Source: Mobula hypostoma (taxonomy: Eukaryota). Taken from it: a DNA stretch of 64,000 nucleotides. A program made the position numbers and the translations under genes. The stretch is taken from positions 34,660,001 through 34,724,000 of the forward strand of contig NC_086097.1 of the NCBI RefSeq assembly GCF_963921235.1. The letters are read 5' to 3'. Positions 48,587 through 62,365 of the stretch are shown in pieces. Position 1 is the first letter of the stretch. Each line of letters opens with the position of its first letter. A model generated the notes under the pieces. That model saw nothing but the letters and a program-made list of their open reading frames with translations. It was not told the origin of the DNA and did no database searches.

Positions 48587-49819
48587 TGGGATACCAGATG
48601 TTTTCAGCCGATTAGCTGAAAGAAGCAATGCAAAGTTCAAACTGTGGGTAGGGGTGGGGATTACGTGGCGGAATGGTTATATATTCTGCCTCAATCCTCG
48701 AGATTCCATGGACACATGAAGCCTGGACATTTGCAGGAGGGGGGAGAAAATGGACATGACTGAAATTTCAGCTGGTTGCTATTCCCACTATCAGATAGAG
48801 ACCAGCCATTCTGATGAGAATGAACTCTTAATGATTATGAAAATTCCTCTTAAATGCTAGCAAAACTGATTAAATCTGTGCAGGATGAACGCTGTGTAAT
48901 ATAATCTTAATAGTCTCAAGGTTCAGGTATTTTAACAGCTTATTCAATTGTGCCTTTGAGTTTATTACATAAGAATTGCTGTACTTTCTGCAGTGATCAT
49001 AAATTCTAAATGCCTGAGATGAGTTGTGCAACTTTTTTTTTACCCAACACTTCCTAATACACTTTAGCTTGTTTTAGTCTTGATACATTTTTGGATTGCA
49101 CTGTTAGTTTGCAATTTACAATTGCATTTTACAAAAGGAGTTTCATCCAAGTGCATAATTCTTGTCGGTTTTAGATGGGCCACCTTTTGCATGCAAGTTT
49201 TGTGGTAAGCGTATAACAAGATGCCACCATGTCTGAATTGGATGACTTTGTTTAAGTTTTCACTCTGTGACCTCCTTGTTAAACATTAGTTGCTTCTGCC
49301 TCTCACATTTAGAGCTACTGATCATTGGAAGCTTCTTCATGTTAAAGAAAAAGATAAAATTACTGGACACTACAAAAGCTGGAGTTGATATTTCACATGT
49401 TAGAAGTTAGTCCTGGCTCCAACCAAAAGTCCTCTGATGAAAGGACTTAATTGAGAATAATATTGTGCCCTTAGCACTTATGAGAAAATGCTGCAGTGTT
49501 GTACCATTTTATTGCCGCAGGCATTGAAAAATCATATTTTTGCTCTACTGTCATTCATCATATTATCCTGTCAAATGTAGGTCGTGTAGGTTAATAATGA
49601 AAACAGCAGCTGTTGTTCTAGATTTGAGCCTTCAGCATTATTGCATGACTTGCTATAACGGTAGCCAAGATCACATAAGGTACTAATTTTGCTCTTGGTG
49701 TTTGAGTCATTGAAGTAGACTGTTATATTTTACAGCGTGTCTTTGCACCCTTTCCCTATATGCAGTATGGAATCGGGTAGTCGTGTGTGGTGAGCTTGTC
49801 AGTGTTAAAGATCTCTTAT

Positions 49820-49825
49820 AATAAA
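49820..49825 (+). terminator. Candidate proximal polyadenylation signal of SGPP1
   Basis: AATAAA about 1.2 kb after the stop codon, in repeat-free AT-rich sequence. Use is unproven. Confidence 0.35.
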
Positions 49826-50319
49826 TAATGAATTTATCTTCTTAAATCTGTAGATTATGTTGTCATGAATAGCTTGATCGCCTCATTCTAAGTTTGCAAA
49901 TAGATTGCATTAATTCAACACTATACTTTTTGCATGGGGCTCTGCAATTCAATTAGCTCTATATTAAAGTCAACTTTTCATATGCATCTGGTTATCAGCC
50001 TCTATTTAATTTCATTTTTTTTCTCTAATCTTCCAGAAACTAATAGTGATAATGATAACCCTGCCAAGAGGAACTTGAGCTGCACTTGTCTTAATGCAGC
50101 ATTACTCACAACCACATTGTTACAGCACTAACTGTATTAAAAGAAATCTATTCTGTTTTACTTTCAGTATGAAATGGCATCTTTTCTTTATCCTTCTCCA
50201 TTCTGCTATGGTCAAAACCAGAATGCCTAATGGGAAGAACGCTGACCAGTTCCTTTCAAGCAGTTGTTATTTGTTAATGTACTAAAGATCTGTTAGTTCT
50301 ACAAAGGTGTCCCTCCATC

Positions 50320-50845
50320 AGACATGGAAGCAAATTAGGCCATTCGGCCCATTGAGTCTACTCCACCATTCCATCATTACTGATTTATTATCCCTCTCAA
50401 CCCCATTCTCCTGCCTTCACCCCGTAACTTTTGACACCCTTACAAATCAAGAATCCATCAACCTCCACTTTAAATATACACAATGTCTTGGCCTTCACAG
50501 CCAGCAGCAGCAACGAATACCATAGTTTCACCACACTCTGGCTAAAGAAATTTCTCTTCAATTGTTCTAAATGGACATCCCTCTATTCAGAGGCTGTGCC
50601 CTCTGGTCCTAGACACCCTTTCCATGTCCAATCTATGTAGGCCTTTTAATAGTCGGTAGGTTTCAGTGAGATCCCCTCCCCCCATTCTTCTAAACTCCAG
50701 CAAGTACAGGCCCAGAGCCATTAAACACTCTTCATGCATTAACCTTTTTATTCCTGGGATCACTCTCCTGAACCTCCTCTGGACCCTCTCCAATGCCAGC
50801 TCATTCTTTTTTAAATAAGGGGCCTAAAATTGCTCACCATATTCT
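50320..50845 (-). mobile_element. CR1 3' fragment downstream of the SGPP1 stop
   Basis: ERVQRRFRRVIPG..LEFRRM..RTRGHSL plus tail. Confidence 0.85.
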
Positions 50846-51069
50846 GTGCAAATTGAATAATTAATTGAATTCCACACTGAGGGCCATATTAGGGTATCAC
50901 TGCAGTCTATCAGGCTGAAAATCAGTCATAAATTCACATTTCAATATCATACAAAAGATTAGTTTTCTTGTCTTTCCATTCTTGCTGCTGTGACTTGTGC
51001 TTTTAGTTATTACTTTCATTATTAGCAATGAAATTATTACTATTCACTATTACGTATTGATTTTAGTAT

Positions 51070-51550
51070 CAGTCAGTTAGTGGGTGCCGTCCCGAATCCG
51101 GGGTTGGTGGCTATGCACCTCCATCTTTATCGATCTTGCGACAGCACTGAGTACAGCCTCTCTTCCAGTTTGTTCTCACTGGCCATGTTGGCCTCCAGTC
51201 GCGGCCGCTTCTTCCAGCTCGGCCCTTCCTTAGGCAGGTCCAGGCACACGGTGCAGTGCCCAAGTTCATCATATCTCTTCTAACTAGGTGCATAGCATAC
51301 GATTCATAGATACATGGTGAGGCTTTAATCTCTTCCACAGAAGATGGCCGTTGGCTCACAAGGAGCTTATCCACCCTTTGTCAAGTCTTGTTTTTTCTAG
51401 TCCTGCTGGGTGTCCTCACACCCTCCTCACCAGACTAAGTCCGGTGGCGGTGCAGGCCCAAATCGCTGACCACTTGACCACGGCCCCCGGCTAAGCGCTG
51501 GGCGCCTGCCCCCCTGCTGAACCTCTCCGAGCGTCCGGCGCCCGACCGAA
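51070..51550 (-). mobile_element. Short RTE-tailed non-autonomous element (SINE-like)
   Basis: CpG-rich. 3' end translates SQDR*RWRCIATNPGFGTAP then ACTAACTGACTGA. A-box-like TGGTCAAGTGG at 51470-51480. Confidence 0.5.
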
Positions 51551-54500
51551 AAACTATAGTTTCAGTGTAAAAGTGTTTAAATACCAGACTTTTGAATACC
51601 AGACATAAGATTGTAAATTATTGACAAACAGATATCGTCCTTTTCCCTACCATGCACCTTGGTCTTATTGCCAAACCAAATAATGTCCTGTGGGGAAGTT
51701 TATGCTGTGTCAGAGGGAAAGTATCCTGTGGATGTCGTGAGTGACTGAGATGGATTTCCAATAGAGAAATCCATCAAAATATTACTGAATATTTTTCAGA
51801 CTTTATTTTAAGAGGATGTATTTGAAGGTGTTTCCTCATTGCCTTTTAAACACCAGGATTTTTGTAAATGAAACAAAGAGTTTAACAATATTTGTGTAGG
51901 TTGTGTAATGTGTCTTTGGTTGTATCTCACTCGAGTTGCGTAATTTCCAAAGTCATTGGGTGGAAAGAGATTTGCTGAATCTGACCCTGTTTACACCTCA
52001 GAATTGGATTGCTATATTTTTATACGGAGCTGATCTAATCGGATTAGAGCCTGTGATACTTGTTTGCTTTCACAGATCAACGGAATTGCGTGGTATTGTA
52101 TAGGGGAACACTTTGTTTCTATGCCATTCCATTAAACCGTAGGGCTATTAATGAGACTTGCTGCCTATGCTATCACTATATTCATAGGATAGAATATTGA
52201 AAGATATTATGGAGGGCAGGAATAGGGAGAAATTATTTTTTTATATACAATTGCTCTAAATACTTCCTATACTCAAACAACCCCATTGATTTTGTAAATG
52301 GCCAAACCATCAAATATGATTGAAGATGATGTGACAAATTGCTATTATACTCTCCATGTGCGATGATACAACTAACTGCAGTCAAGTACAAAAGCTGCAA
52401 TATGCTTGAGCTGCGTAGTATATTTGAAAATTCAGGAAATATTTGGTTTCCAATTTGGAAGCTTAATGTAAAGGATTAGTTTATTCCCATGTTTGCATTG
52501 GTCTTTCATCTTTAACCATAGCTTTGATTGATAACCCCTTGGAAACTATTCTTTGTCTAGTTGCTGACTCTGACCAAGTTGAACATTGGATATACTGAAG
52601 GTGATATTACCAAAATACTATTTTAATTTTGTATTTGTATTAAATAAGTGGTTGTTAAATATAGGAATCTGAGATTGATTCTGGAACAAAACAATTTCTC
52701 TGGGTATTAACTTGAAGTTTGATTTTTCTTTAATTCATTTTGTTTTCCATCTCCTTTCTCCAAAGTAGCACAGTGATTGGGGAGATCATTCACCACCTTC
52801 GTTACTACATGACCCAATACAATGGTACCCAGCTTGGCACTCAGGATGCGTTCCCAGGAACAAGGGTTCTTGTAGAGCAGCACTAAAGTCATACTACAGT
52901 AGTATTAGACATTTCTGGCTCTGTTCTTTGCCATAATCTGGTGTGAAACCAAGACCACCTCTGGCAACCCATGGCTCGTGGAGAGGATGCCAGTGAGGGC
53001 TGGTGTTGGGTTGACTTGTTATGCAACAAGTGGTGTAGTCACTTAGCATTGAGATCTGGTCTTGTGCTGGGGATATGATCTTTCAATGCCACTTGTTGGA
53101 TGTGATGGAAGCTGCTTCTTTTTGGCCTGCTATGAGATTCTCCATGGTACGAAGCTCAACAATAGCCACTGACCTTTCAGCTCATAGTGGCTTTCACCGC
53201 ACACAACAGTAAGTGATGAGAGAGGCAGCCTGGCAGTACTGCAGGTTCCAGGCCATCTGGTGTAGGTGTTGCCTGTCTTTAGCAACAGCCGTGCTCAATG
53301 CCCCTAGCAACAGGTTGCCAAGAGCTGCACATCCCAGTGCTAAGCAGTTGTGCCAGCTCAGCCCTCACAGCCATCCTCCCCACACTACCCATGTGTACCA
53401 GCATAGGGTAGGGCTTTGAAACATGGCAAGCAGTCTCAGCAGGTACTTTTTTAGGGTACAGTGGATAGGTATGTGTGTATCACAGTTTAGACTGCAGGAC
53501 TATGGGAAGTGGGGTACTTGTGAGTATCTAGCTCCACGCTGCACTTGTAATTAAAATGTCAAGAAATGTATTTGCATAGTTTCAGTATGGCCATAAAAAG
53601 GAAAATTTGCTTTACCTTTAAGGTCTACTGAAATAAATATATGCAAATTGGATAAGGTGGCATCTAACTGTTAGAACAGTGGGCAGCATTATACCTCAAA
53701 TGTAAAGAAGTTACCTTTGCTAAAGTATAGTGTGCTACTGTAATTCATTGAATTACACCAACCTGAATTATGGCTTGTAAGCGATGATTAATGATAAAAT
53801 GAGAGTTACAATATTTTCCTATCTAGATTATTCCATTTTCATTTTTTGTAAATGACTTCCCTTCACAAACTTGCAGTCAGGAATTAATATTGACTTTCCT
53901 ACATCTTTTGAGTTAGTGATCTGTGGGAAAAGGTTTCAGTTTTATTTTGAAGTTGTCATTGCACCTCTTCGTTGACTATTCTGAAGGAAATATTTGAGGC
54001 AGAAAGTACAATGTGCTGCACTCAAAGATACAAATTTTACCACTGTTGGAAGGATTAAGTTTTTCAGTAAGGACTGTTTATATTGACATTTGTAGACTCT
54101 ATTCAGGTTTTTATCATTTCACAATATTAAGAAGCAAAATGTGTGTATTATTTGAAATATCCCCAAAGGATTCACAACATAAGTATTGTTTATTTTATGC
54201 AAAATGTTGGATTGACTTGGTGCACATGTACATTTATTTGGTCCAACTCCTTACAGACATGGAGAACATTTTCTTATTCTGTTGTTTTGATGGATTTATA
54301 ATATAATGTATGATTATCTTGTTAACTTTGTCAACTACATTTCAGATTATATGAACAACATAATCATCCATTGTAAATTTAGAATTAGAACTGCAAGGTT
54401 ATATGATGCCTCTGAACAATTTTTGGAATGCCCTCTCATTCATTCCATATAAGTAAATAAAGTGTGTTTGAATTTGGAGAGCACAATAGTTTGATTTTAA

Positions 54501-56415
54501 AACTGTTAAGTGTTATAACCAAAGTAGATTTTCTACAGCACTAAGAACTGTGTACCCTTGAATGGTGAAAGTTAATCCAGAAGTGGCTCACAATTCTATT
54601 GCTTGCATTTTAACTACAAAAGTATTAAATTTGATTATTTAAATACATGTTTGTATCACTTCTCTATTCAAACACACAAAAAGGGTTTTGGTTTTTAAAT
54701 ATGCAGCAGTGGTGCATATATTGTATGGTAGAATTGGCAAATCACTTGAAACCAAAGTGTTTCTTTAAACTGTTATGGACATTTTTTTAAAGTGGAAAAT
54801 GTATTTGAGATTTAAATCTGATACTCTCCAGACCTTAAAGGATATTAAATACTTTGAATAAAACATGTTTATTTAATAAGACACTAAGTGCATTTCCTTT
54901 ACTTAAGTGTTAACTAATTTAAGACTGCATGATAGACAGATTTTCTGATTAAGAATGTATTGATTCTTTAGAAAAATGAATGGCCATTAATAGCGGTATC
55001 TCAACCTCTCCCTAACTTTGCCCCTTTGACATAATTTCTTTGCACATATTTAAAGTTGTCATCCAATTGAAACAGCATGAACAGTCAGCCCCCAGGGTTT
55101 TCCTAAATTGAGATGTGAGAAAGCATTGTGTACAGCTGGAAAGGGGGCTGACAAATCCGGAAAAATGAGGTCTGCGCCGGGGAGTCTTGTGTGATACATT
55201 GGTACTTGGAATGTAAATCAGACCAGCAACAGTGAATCCAATAAAACGAGTTCTGGAATGTGTTTCTAACAAACATGCCTCCACTTCCTGCAAACATAAT
55301 AGACCCTCTGATTTCAACTAACTAATTTAAAATGGCCAGAGATGCATTAATAGAATTGTGGAATTAGTTCTGGAGTCTCAGTACAAAAACAAAACGTATT
55401 AACTGCCTTGTAGTTGTAGCGAATGGTGGTTTGTCCCCTTAATCATCACTTAAAAAGTCACTAACGCTGCCAACTTTACAATGGATGCATTTGTGTATTT
55501 TGGATTATAATCATATGGCTATTAGACTGTAACTGAATGTGAATTCATTTCAAAATGCTACAAATGCAAAAAAAAAAGTATGCATGATAAAATCCTTCAG
55601 TGTTCGCTGTGCCAGAATTTCTACATGTGGGACTTTTCAATTTGAACAGGATCCAGGAAGGGATTGAAATTAACTATTTGCTTCCTTTGCTTATTCAGAA
55701 TTATTTCCTATTTACTCTTTGATTATTATGAAGCTTTCAACTACTGTGGATGCATTTCCGTTAATTGCAGTTGCCACGCAAGATTTTTTTTGTTAACATG
55801 AGTCGTGTGCTCATTAACCATTAAAACTTAAACTAGTTCAGTATGAATCTACTAATAAAACAAGGAAGATGTTTTTCATCACTGTTGGCTTTTTAGTGTT
55901 TCTCTCAAAACAAATTCAATATTTTTGGTGTGCTGGCATTTCAATTTAAGAGGCAGTCAATTAGAGTTGGAGCATTGGCATGCCACCTCAACCTGCTCAG
56001 GAAATAAGCTGAAGCGTGTGCCATGAATTGTTTGGAAAATAGTAACTCGATTTGCTGTAGAATAATCCATTCAAACATTTTTTAGTGGGGATTTCATGAG
56101 GTAGGTTGGAGGGATGGGTCTTGAAGGAAAGAATGGTTCAATTCTTCACGGTTAACATTCCAAGCAGTCCATGAAGGAAAAGGCTATTGCTAAGGTGTAT
56201 GACTAAGTAAATGTACTGATAATTAACTGTTTAATATTACTATTTGAATGTCGAGCAATTTTGATTAAAACTGCACTGCTTTCTTTTGTTCAAACTGTAG
56301 AACAAAAAGATAAGTTTAACTACTGTCTGAATGTATTTGTCATGCTTCTTTTCCAAAGTCTAAAGATCTATTTAAATGTTATGTCTGCTTTGAACTGTGT
56401 AGCTTTAAGTTTTGT

Positions 56416-56447
56416 TGTGTGTGTGTGTGTCTGAGTCTGAGTCTGAT
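56416..56447. repeat. (TG)n followed by (TCTGAG)n microsatellite
   Basis: Read directly from the sequence. Confidence 0.8.
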
Positions 56448-56577
56448 TTTGTTTTTCTCCCCACTTCCTCCTCTCAAAATACTGTTATCTCAGCTCTGAG
56501 AGTCAGCAATATCTGGTGTGTGGCATAGCACATAATTCACTTGGATGACTGCAGTTTGTACATTGCACTGTACTTAA

Positions 56578-56583
56578 AATAAA
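56578..56583 (+). terminator. Candidate distal polyadenylation signal
   Basis: AATAAA preceded by two TGTA motifs and followed by a G/T-rich tract (GGTTTATTTTTTATTGTTTGGTG). It lies at the end of a long repeat-poor stretch. Confidence 0.45.
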
Positions 56584-56911
56584 AAGTACAATGAGACAGG
56601 TCTGACTGGTTTATTTTTATTGTTTGGTGAACAAAATGCTTTCAGAATTACTCCTTGGTAAGTGATAGCTGATTAAACTTGGTGTTGGCTGGTTATCTTC
56701 AATTTTTTATTTATCACTCTCAGCAAAACTATCTGAGATTTAGTTCAGTATTAATCTCATAATCTGGCAAGAAGTATTTGAAACTAGCTCTTGACATGGA
56801 CATGTGAATGATTTGTTACCTAGCTCCGCATTTCTACTCTGTCAGCTTGTTTGCTCCTCAATATTGACTGGAAACTTTGATTTAATCTGGCTTGATGGAC
56901 TATATTCCGTG

Positions 56912-57206
56912 TGGAGTAGAGGCCATTCAGCCCATCAAGTCTGCTGGTTTTCAGAGCAATCCTATTCCTTATTGGTGTTATTCCCCCAACATTCCTATTG
57001 ACTTTGCCAGATTTACAATCCACCTGCAAAAAGGGTGATTTGACAGTGCATAATTAACCTAGACAATTGACTTTATTGTAGAAAGTGGGAGGAAGCTGGA
57101 GCACTTTAGGAATTCCATGTGATTTACAGAGAGAACATAAACTCCACACTCAGGATTAAACCTAAATTACTAAACATGTGGAGCGGAAGCTATCACCATG
57201 CACCCC
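56912..57206 (-). mobile_element. Degraded HE1-like V-SINE
   Basis: CR1-like tail (GAGGCCATTCAGCCCATC) and reverse V-domain (GTGGGAGGAAGCTGGAGCAC...GAGAACATAAACTCCACAC). Confidence 0.55.
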
Positions 57207-58049
57207 TGATCACAGTCAACTATATGAGCAGTGTAACAGGATATATCAAGTAAGGATGGGAGATTTCCTTCCCTGAAAAATATTAGTGAACACAATGGAT
57301 TTTTGACAATCCAACAACACTTGACATCATTCAAATTCAGTTTGAATTCCATTCACCTGAGTTTACATTCTCATACTCATTCAGAGAGTAATCTGAGCCT
57401 CTAGAACCTAATCCAGCAAGTTAACTACACTAATGCAAATTAGATATGATTAGAAAGATAAATTCATTTGACATAATATGGCATCCAGTTTTTGGATGCC
57501 CCAGAATGATTCACAGTTCAGTTTATGTGTCTGTTACACTGTGGGATTCATGAGTCGAGTTAGCTTTGCATTACTTGTGTTGTTGCAGTAATAATCCTTT
57601 CCAGTCAGAGGAACTGCAGGTTCAAACACTTGGTGAATGTGCTTGGCTGAGGAGCTATCATTCAGAGCTTCTACCTCCGAATCCCTCTTAAGCCTTCTAA
57701 GTCATGGATGCTACCACTGATCACATATGAATAAGGTGTAAATATTTTGATAATCTGCTAAATTCAGATGTACTGTATACAGTAAGTAAAACTTGTATCC
57801 AAAGTGGTGGAACTTCAAGAAACAAGCCCTCTAAGAAAAAAATTGATCACTGAAGAGCTGCGGGGGTAAATGGAAGAATGTACCATCAGATTTCTACCTG
57901 CTTTAGGCAAATATAACGAGTTCCACGGTAAAGAATAGTATTCCTGAGGCAGTGCCTCCTGTAGATACAGTACTACCACTAGAGGGGAGAGATTCGCCAG
58001 CATTCACTACTCCGTAGCTTCTTGCATCCCTGTTCATCGGAATTGCCAA

Positions 58050-58750
58050 ACCGGACCATGGTGCAATGAGTCAGTATACACCTGCAGAAGTTTGTTAGAG
58101 TTCAATTGAAAAGCCAAGCCTCCTCGTCCTAAGAAAGTAAAGATGCTGACACACTTATGATTGCATCTATGTAAGGAATTAAAATCTGCTCCTCTTCACA
58201 GATTTATTTACTTATGTTTTCCTTTCGTCTTCTTCCACCCCCCCCCCCCCAATGTAGAGTGGCACATGATTGTCTTCCTGAAGTCAATGATTAGCTCTTC
58301 ACTTTTGCTGACGCTGAGTGTGAGGTTATTTTTGTGTCATCGATCACATCTTGCTCCGGTACACTAACTCATCAGCCGTGTTTTGCAACAACAGATGTTA
58401 CCATGGCACTGGAGCTGTGTATAGCCACCCAGTCGTGTGTATGGAGCAGGGGTTCTGAATCTTTTTTTTGCTGTGGATTCCAGCATTAACCAAGGGGTCC
58501 ATGGACCCCCGGCTGGGAACCCTTGGTATAGAACTGAAAAGCTGAGTATGTAAATATTCCTGCTAGTGATGTAAGTGGAACGTGGGATTGATGGAAATGC
58601 TCTGAGAACCAGGACATACCCGACCAAAACTTTTCCATGGAGGGCTTCCAGACCGTTTGGGCTGACTGTAAGTGCACTGAGAGCGGTAAGAGTAAAGGAG
58701 TTGGGGGCTTGCTGTTCTGGTTAACAACAGATGGTGCAATCCTGGTCATA
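58050..58750 (-). mobile_element. Old Rex1-type fragment
   Basis: TCTTCCTGAAGTCAATGATTAGCTC..TTTTGCTGACGCTGAGTG matches 13650-13710. Confidence 0.6.
58447..58525. mobile_element. 79-bp hAT/Charlie-like MITE
   Basis: CAGGGGTTC / GAACCCTTG termini; 8-bp flanks GTATGGAG and GTATAGAA (6/8 identical). Confidence 0.65.
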
Positions 58751-58789
58751 TTACGATCGAGGAACATGTTTGTAGCCTGGATATTGAAC

Positions 58790-59057
58790 TGTTTGGCCAC
58801 ATTCCACTGAGATACAACACTGGGCGTTCCTGCCCGTGGACATCGAACTTTGCAGCTCCTCCCGTGGAGGGTCAGACACCCTGAGCCAATAGGCTGGTCC
58901 TGGACTTATTTCCATCTGGCATAGTTTGCATATTGTCATTTGATTGTTTGTGGTTTTTGTATTGCTATATTTATGCTCTATTTTTGGTTGGTGCAGCTGT
59001 AACGAAACCCAATTTCCCTTGGGATCATTAAAGTATGTCTGTCTGTCTGTCTGTCTA
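58790..59057 (+). mobile_element. Rex1-type 3' end with (GTCT)n tail
   Basis: CCCAATTTCCCTTGGGATCATTAAAGTA followed by (TGTC)n at 59036-59056. Confidence 0.6.
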
Positions 59058-59774
59058 TAGACAGGATGGGCTATATATTGTGCCACAAGGAAATATTTAG
59101 GTGCTCTCATCTCCTTTAAATCTTACTCCTTACCCTAAATCGATGTCCTCCATTCATCTCCAGTTTCCCATTGCTCAAAAATATGTCTTCTCCACCCCCA
59201 GTTTCGTCCCCTCCTGAGAAAACACAGCAGTGCCTGTGTCCTCACTCAGAGGGTGGTGTGCGTGTGAAATGAGCTGCCAGTGGAAGTGATAGATACAAGT
59301 TCAATTGTAACCCTAACGTGTGGACAGGTGCATAGATGAGAAGGGTATGGAGACCAATGGTAGGAGTGTAGATAGGAGCAGGCAGAGGGCCAGGTTGGCA
59401 TTCACTAGATGGGCCAAATGGCCTGTTTCCATGTTGTAGTACTCTCACTCTGCTTTTTCTCCTCATAATAAGACTATCCAACCAACAACCTGGTACCACC
59501 CCGTTCCTTAGTACTCTGTAGGACCCTACCATTTATGGTGTATGCCGTCTTCATCAGTACTCACTAACTCCATCACCCCCTAGTTATCCATATTAAGCTC
59601 CATCTCAGTCCAGTTCACCAACTAATTCATATCACCCTGTGGCCTGAGATAATCTATTCATGCTATCAACAACTCCACTGATCTTGGTGTCATCTGCAAA
59701 ATTACTGATCGTGCACTCACATAAATCATTCACGGGTACTGCAAACAGCAAGGGTCCCAGTACAATCTTCTGGA

Positions 59775-61449
59775 AATGGTAGGGGACCAAGGGTCTAGTG
59801 AGCTGGAGGGACTGAGGGAAATACATGTTAGTAGGGAAGTGGTGTTAGGTAAATTGAAGGGATTGAAGGCAGATAAATCCCTGGGCCAGATGTTCTGCAT
59901 CCCAGAGTGCTTAGGGAAGGAACACAAGAAATAGTGGATTCATTAGTGATAATTTTTCAAAACTCTTTAGATTCTGGATTAGTTCCTGAGGATTGGAGGA
60001 TGGCTAATGTAACCCCGCTTTTTTAAAAAGGGAGGGAGCGAGAAACCGGGGAATTATAGACCGGTAAGCCTGACATCGGTGGTGGGGAAAAGAGTCAGTT
60101 ATCAAAGATGTGATAGCAGCACATTTGGAAAGCCGTGAAATCATCAGACGAAGTCAGCATGGATTTGTGAAAAGAAAATCATGTCTGACGAATCTCATAG
60201 AATTTTTTGAGGATGTAACTAGTAGAGTGGATAGGGGAGAACCAGTGGATGTGGTATATTTGGATTTTCAAAAGGCTTTTGACAAGGTCCCACACAGGAG
60301 GTTAGTGTGCAAACTTAAAGCACACGGTATTGGGGGTATGGTATTGATGTGGAGAGAGAATTGGTTGGCAGACAGGAAGCAAAGAGTGGGAATAAACGGG
60401 ACCTTTTCAGAATGGCAGGCAGTGACTAGTGGGGTACCGCAAGGCTCAGTGCTGGGACCCCAGTTGTTTACAATGTATATTAATGACTTGGACGAGGGAA
60501 TTAAATGCAGCATCTCCAAGTTTGCGGATGACACGAAGTTGGGCGGCAGTGTTAGCTATGAGGAGGATGCTAAGAGGATGCAGGGTGACTTGGATAGGTT
60601 GGGTGAGTGGGCAAATTCATGGCAGATGCAATTTAATGTGGATAAATGTGAGGTTATCCACTTTGGAGGCAAGAACAGGAAAACAGATTATTATCTGAAT
60701 GGTGGCCGATTAGGAAAAGGGGAGATGCAATGAGACCTGGGTGTCATTATACACCAGTCATTGAAAGTGGGCATGCAGGTACAGCAGGCGGTGAAAAAGG
60801 CAAATGGTATGCTGGCATTCATAGCAAGAGGATTCGAGTGCAGGAGCAAGGAGGTACTACTGAGTTGTACAAGGCCTTGGTGAGACCACACCTAGAGTAC
60901 TGTGTGCAGTTTTGTTCCCCTAATCTGAGGAAAGACATTCTTGCCATAGAGGGAGTACAAAGAAGGTTCACCAGATTGATTCCTGGGGTGGCAGGACTTT
61001 CATATGATGGAAGACTGGATCGACAAGGCCTATACTCACTGGAATTTAGAAGATTGAGGGGGGATCTTATTGAAACGTATAAAATTCTAAAAGGATTGGA
61101 CAGGCTAGATGCAGGAAGATTGTTCCCGATGTTGGGGAAGTCCAGAATGAGGTGTCACAGTTTGAGGATAAAGGGGAAGCCTTTTAGCACCAAGATGAGG
61201 AAAAACTTCTTCACACAGAGAGTGGTGAATCTGTGGAATTCTCTGCCACAGGAAACAGTTGAGGCCAGTTCATTTGCTATATTTAAGAGGGAGTTAGATA
61301 TGGCCCTTGTGGCTAAAGGGATCGGGGGTATGGAGAGAAGGCAGGTTCAGGGTTCTGAGTTGGGTGATCAGCCATGATCATACTGAATGGCGGGTGCAGG
61401 CTCGAAGGGCCGAATGGCCCACTCCTGCACCTATGTTTCTATGTTTCTA
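59775..61449 (+). mobile_element. CR1 LINE RT-to-tail, a different subfamily
   Basis: [41 protein letters not shown]..; tail CTATGTTTCTATGTTTCTA. Confidence 0.95.
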
Positions 61450-61899
61450 CAACTTTCTGTGGAACACCACTAGTTGCAGGCGTACAATCAGGAAAGAAAA
61501 AAGCCCCCTGTTGACTCATCCTGGATACAGTGGGCCCTAATATTTTGAACCAGTTTCTCTTATGGGACCATATTGAAGTCTATGTAAACTTCACCTACTA
61601 CAGTTGTATGTTTCCAAGCTTCTTGATTAAATGTAAAAGATCATCTTCAAAACCAAACAGTAATAAGTAATGAATAATTGATCAGTAGTGAAATGATTCC
61701 TCTCTTTTATTAGTGGTGTATGTAGTAATCCTAATATCCATGTCGATTTGCCTATTAATGCCTGTGTTCTCTATAGTGATTCAAGTAAAAATTAGTTCAG
61801 AAGAACTTAATTCAGAAAGCAGTTATTTTTGTTTTCCAAGTAGCTTTCCACTTTCTGGAATTGATTATTGTTTGGAAGAATAAATAAAGTGGGGAAAAA

Positions 61900-62365
61900 A
61901 GCCATCAAAAAAGGATCCCCATCACTCAGGACAAAACCCAGTGATTCTCAAGTGCCACCATCAGGGAGGTGGTACAGGAGGGAGCCTGAATGCACAACGT
62001 TTCAGGAACCGCTTCTTCCCCTCTGCCATCAGTTCTGAATGGATGTTGAATCCATGAACACTACCTCACTACCTTTTTTTGCACTTCTTCATGTGCCTTG
62101 CGTGTTAATGCTTGGGCGATCATGGCTTTCCACATCGAACGATCCCACGTAGCGTCAATGATATCTCACACACTTAGATCTGTTAGTTCTTTCACAGTAT
62201 CCATATATTTTCTTCTTTGCCTTCCTCTGCTGCATTTTTGCACTACTGATTTAATTTGACTATTTAATATACTTAAATTCTGTTTTTATTACTACGTATT
62301 ACAATGTACTACTGCTGCAACAACGCATTTTATGACGTATGTCGGTGATGACCTGATTCTGAGAT
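61900..62365 (+). mobile_element. Rex1-type 3' fragment hosting an RTE tail
   Basis: CCATCAGGGAGGTGGTACAGGAG..TTCAGGAACCGCTTCTTCCCCTCTGCCATC...CCTGATTCTGA. Confidence 0.7.
62086..62234 (-). mobile_element. RTE 3' end fragment
   Basis: SRGRQRRKYMDTVKELT..WDRSMWKAMIAQA; 10-bp TSD TTTTTGCACT at 62076-62085 and 62235-62244. Confidence 0.8.

Noticed and set aside
52750..53560. Slightly GC-richer block as an exon or ncRNA
   Set aside because: No recognisable peptide, splice pair or stable structure; probably a decayed repeat.
2921..61449. An intact, autonomous retroelement
   Set aside because: Every CR1, Rex1, RTE and Penelope copy is truncated and/or has stops or frameshifts.
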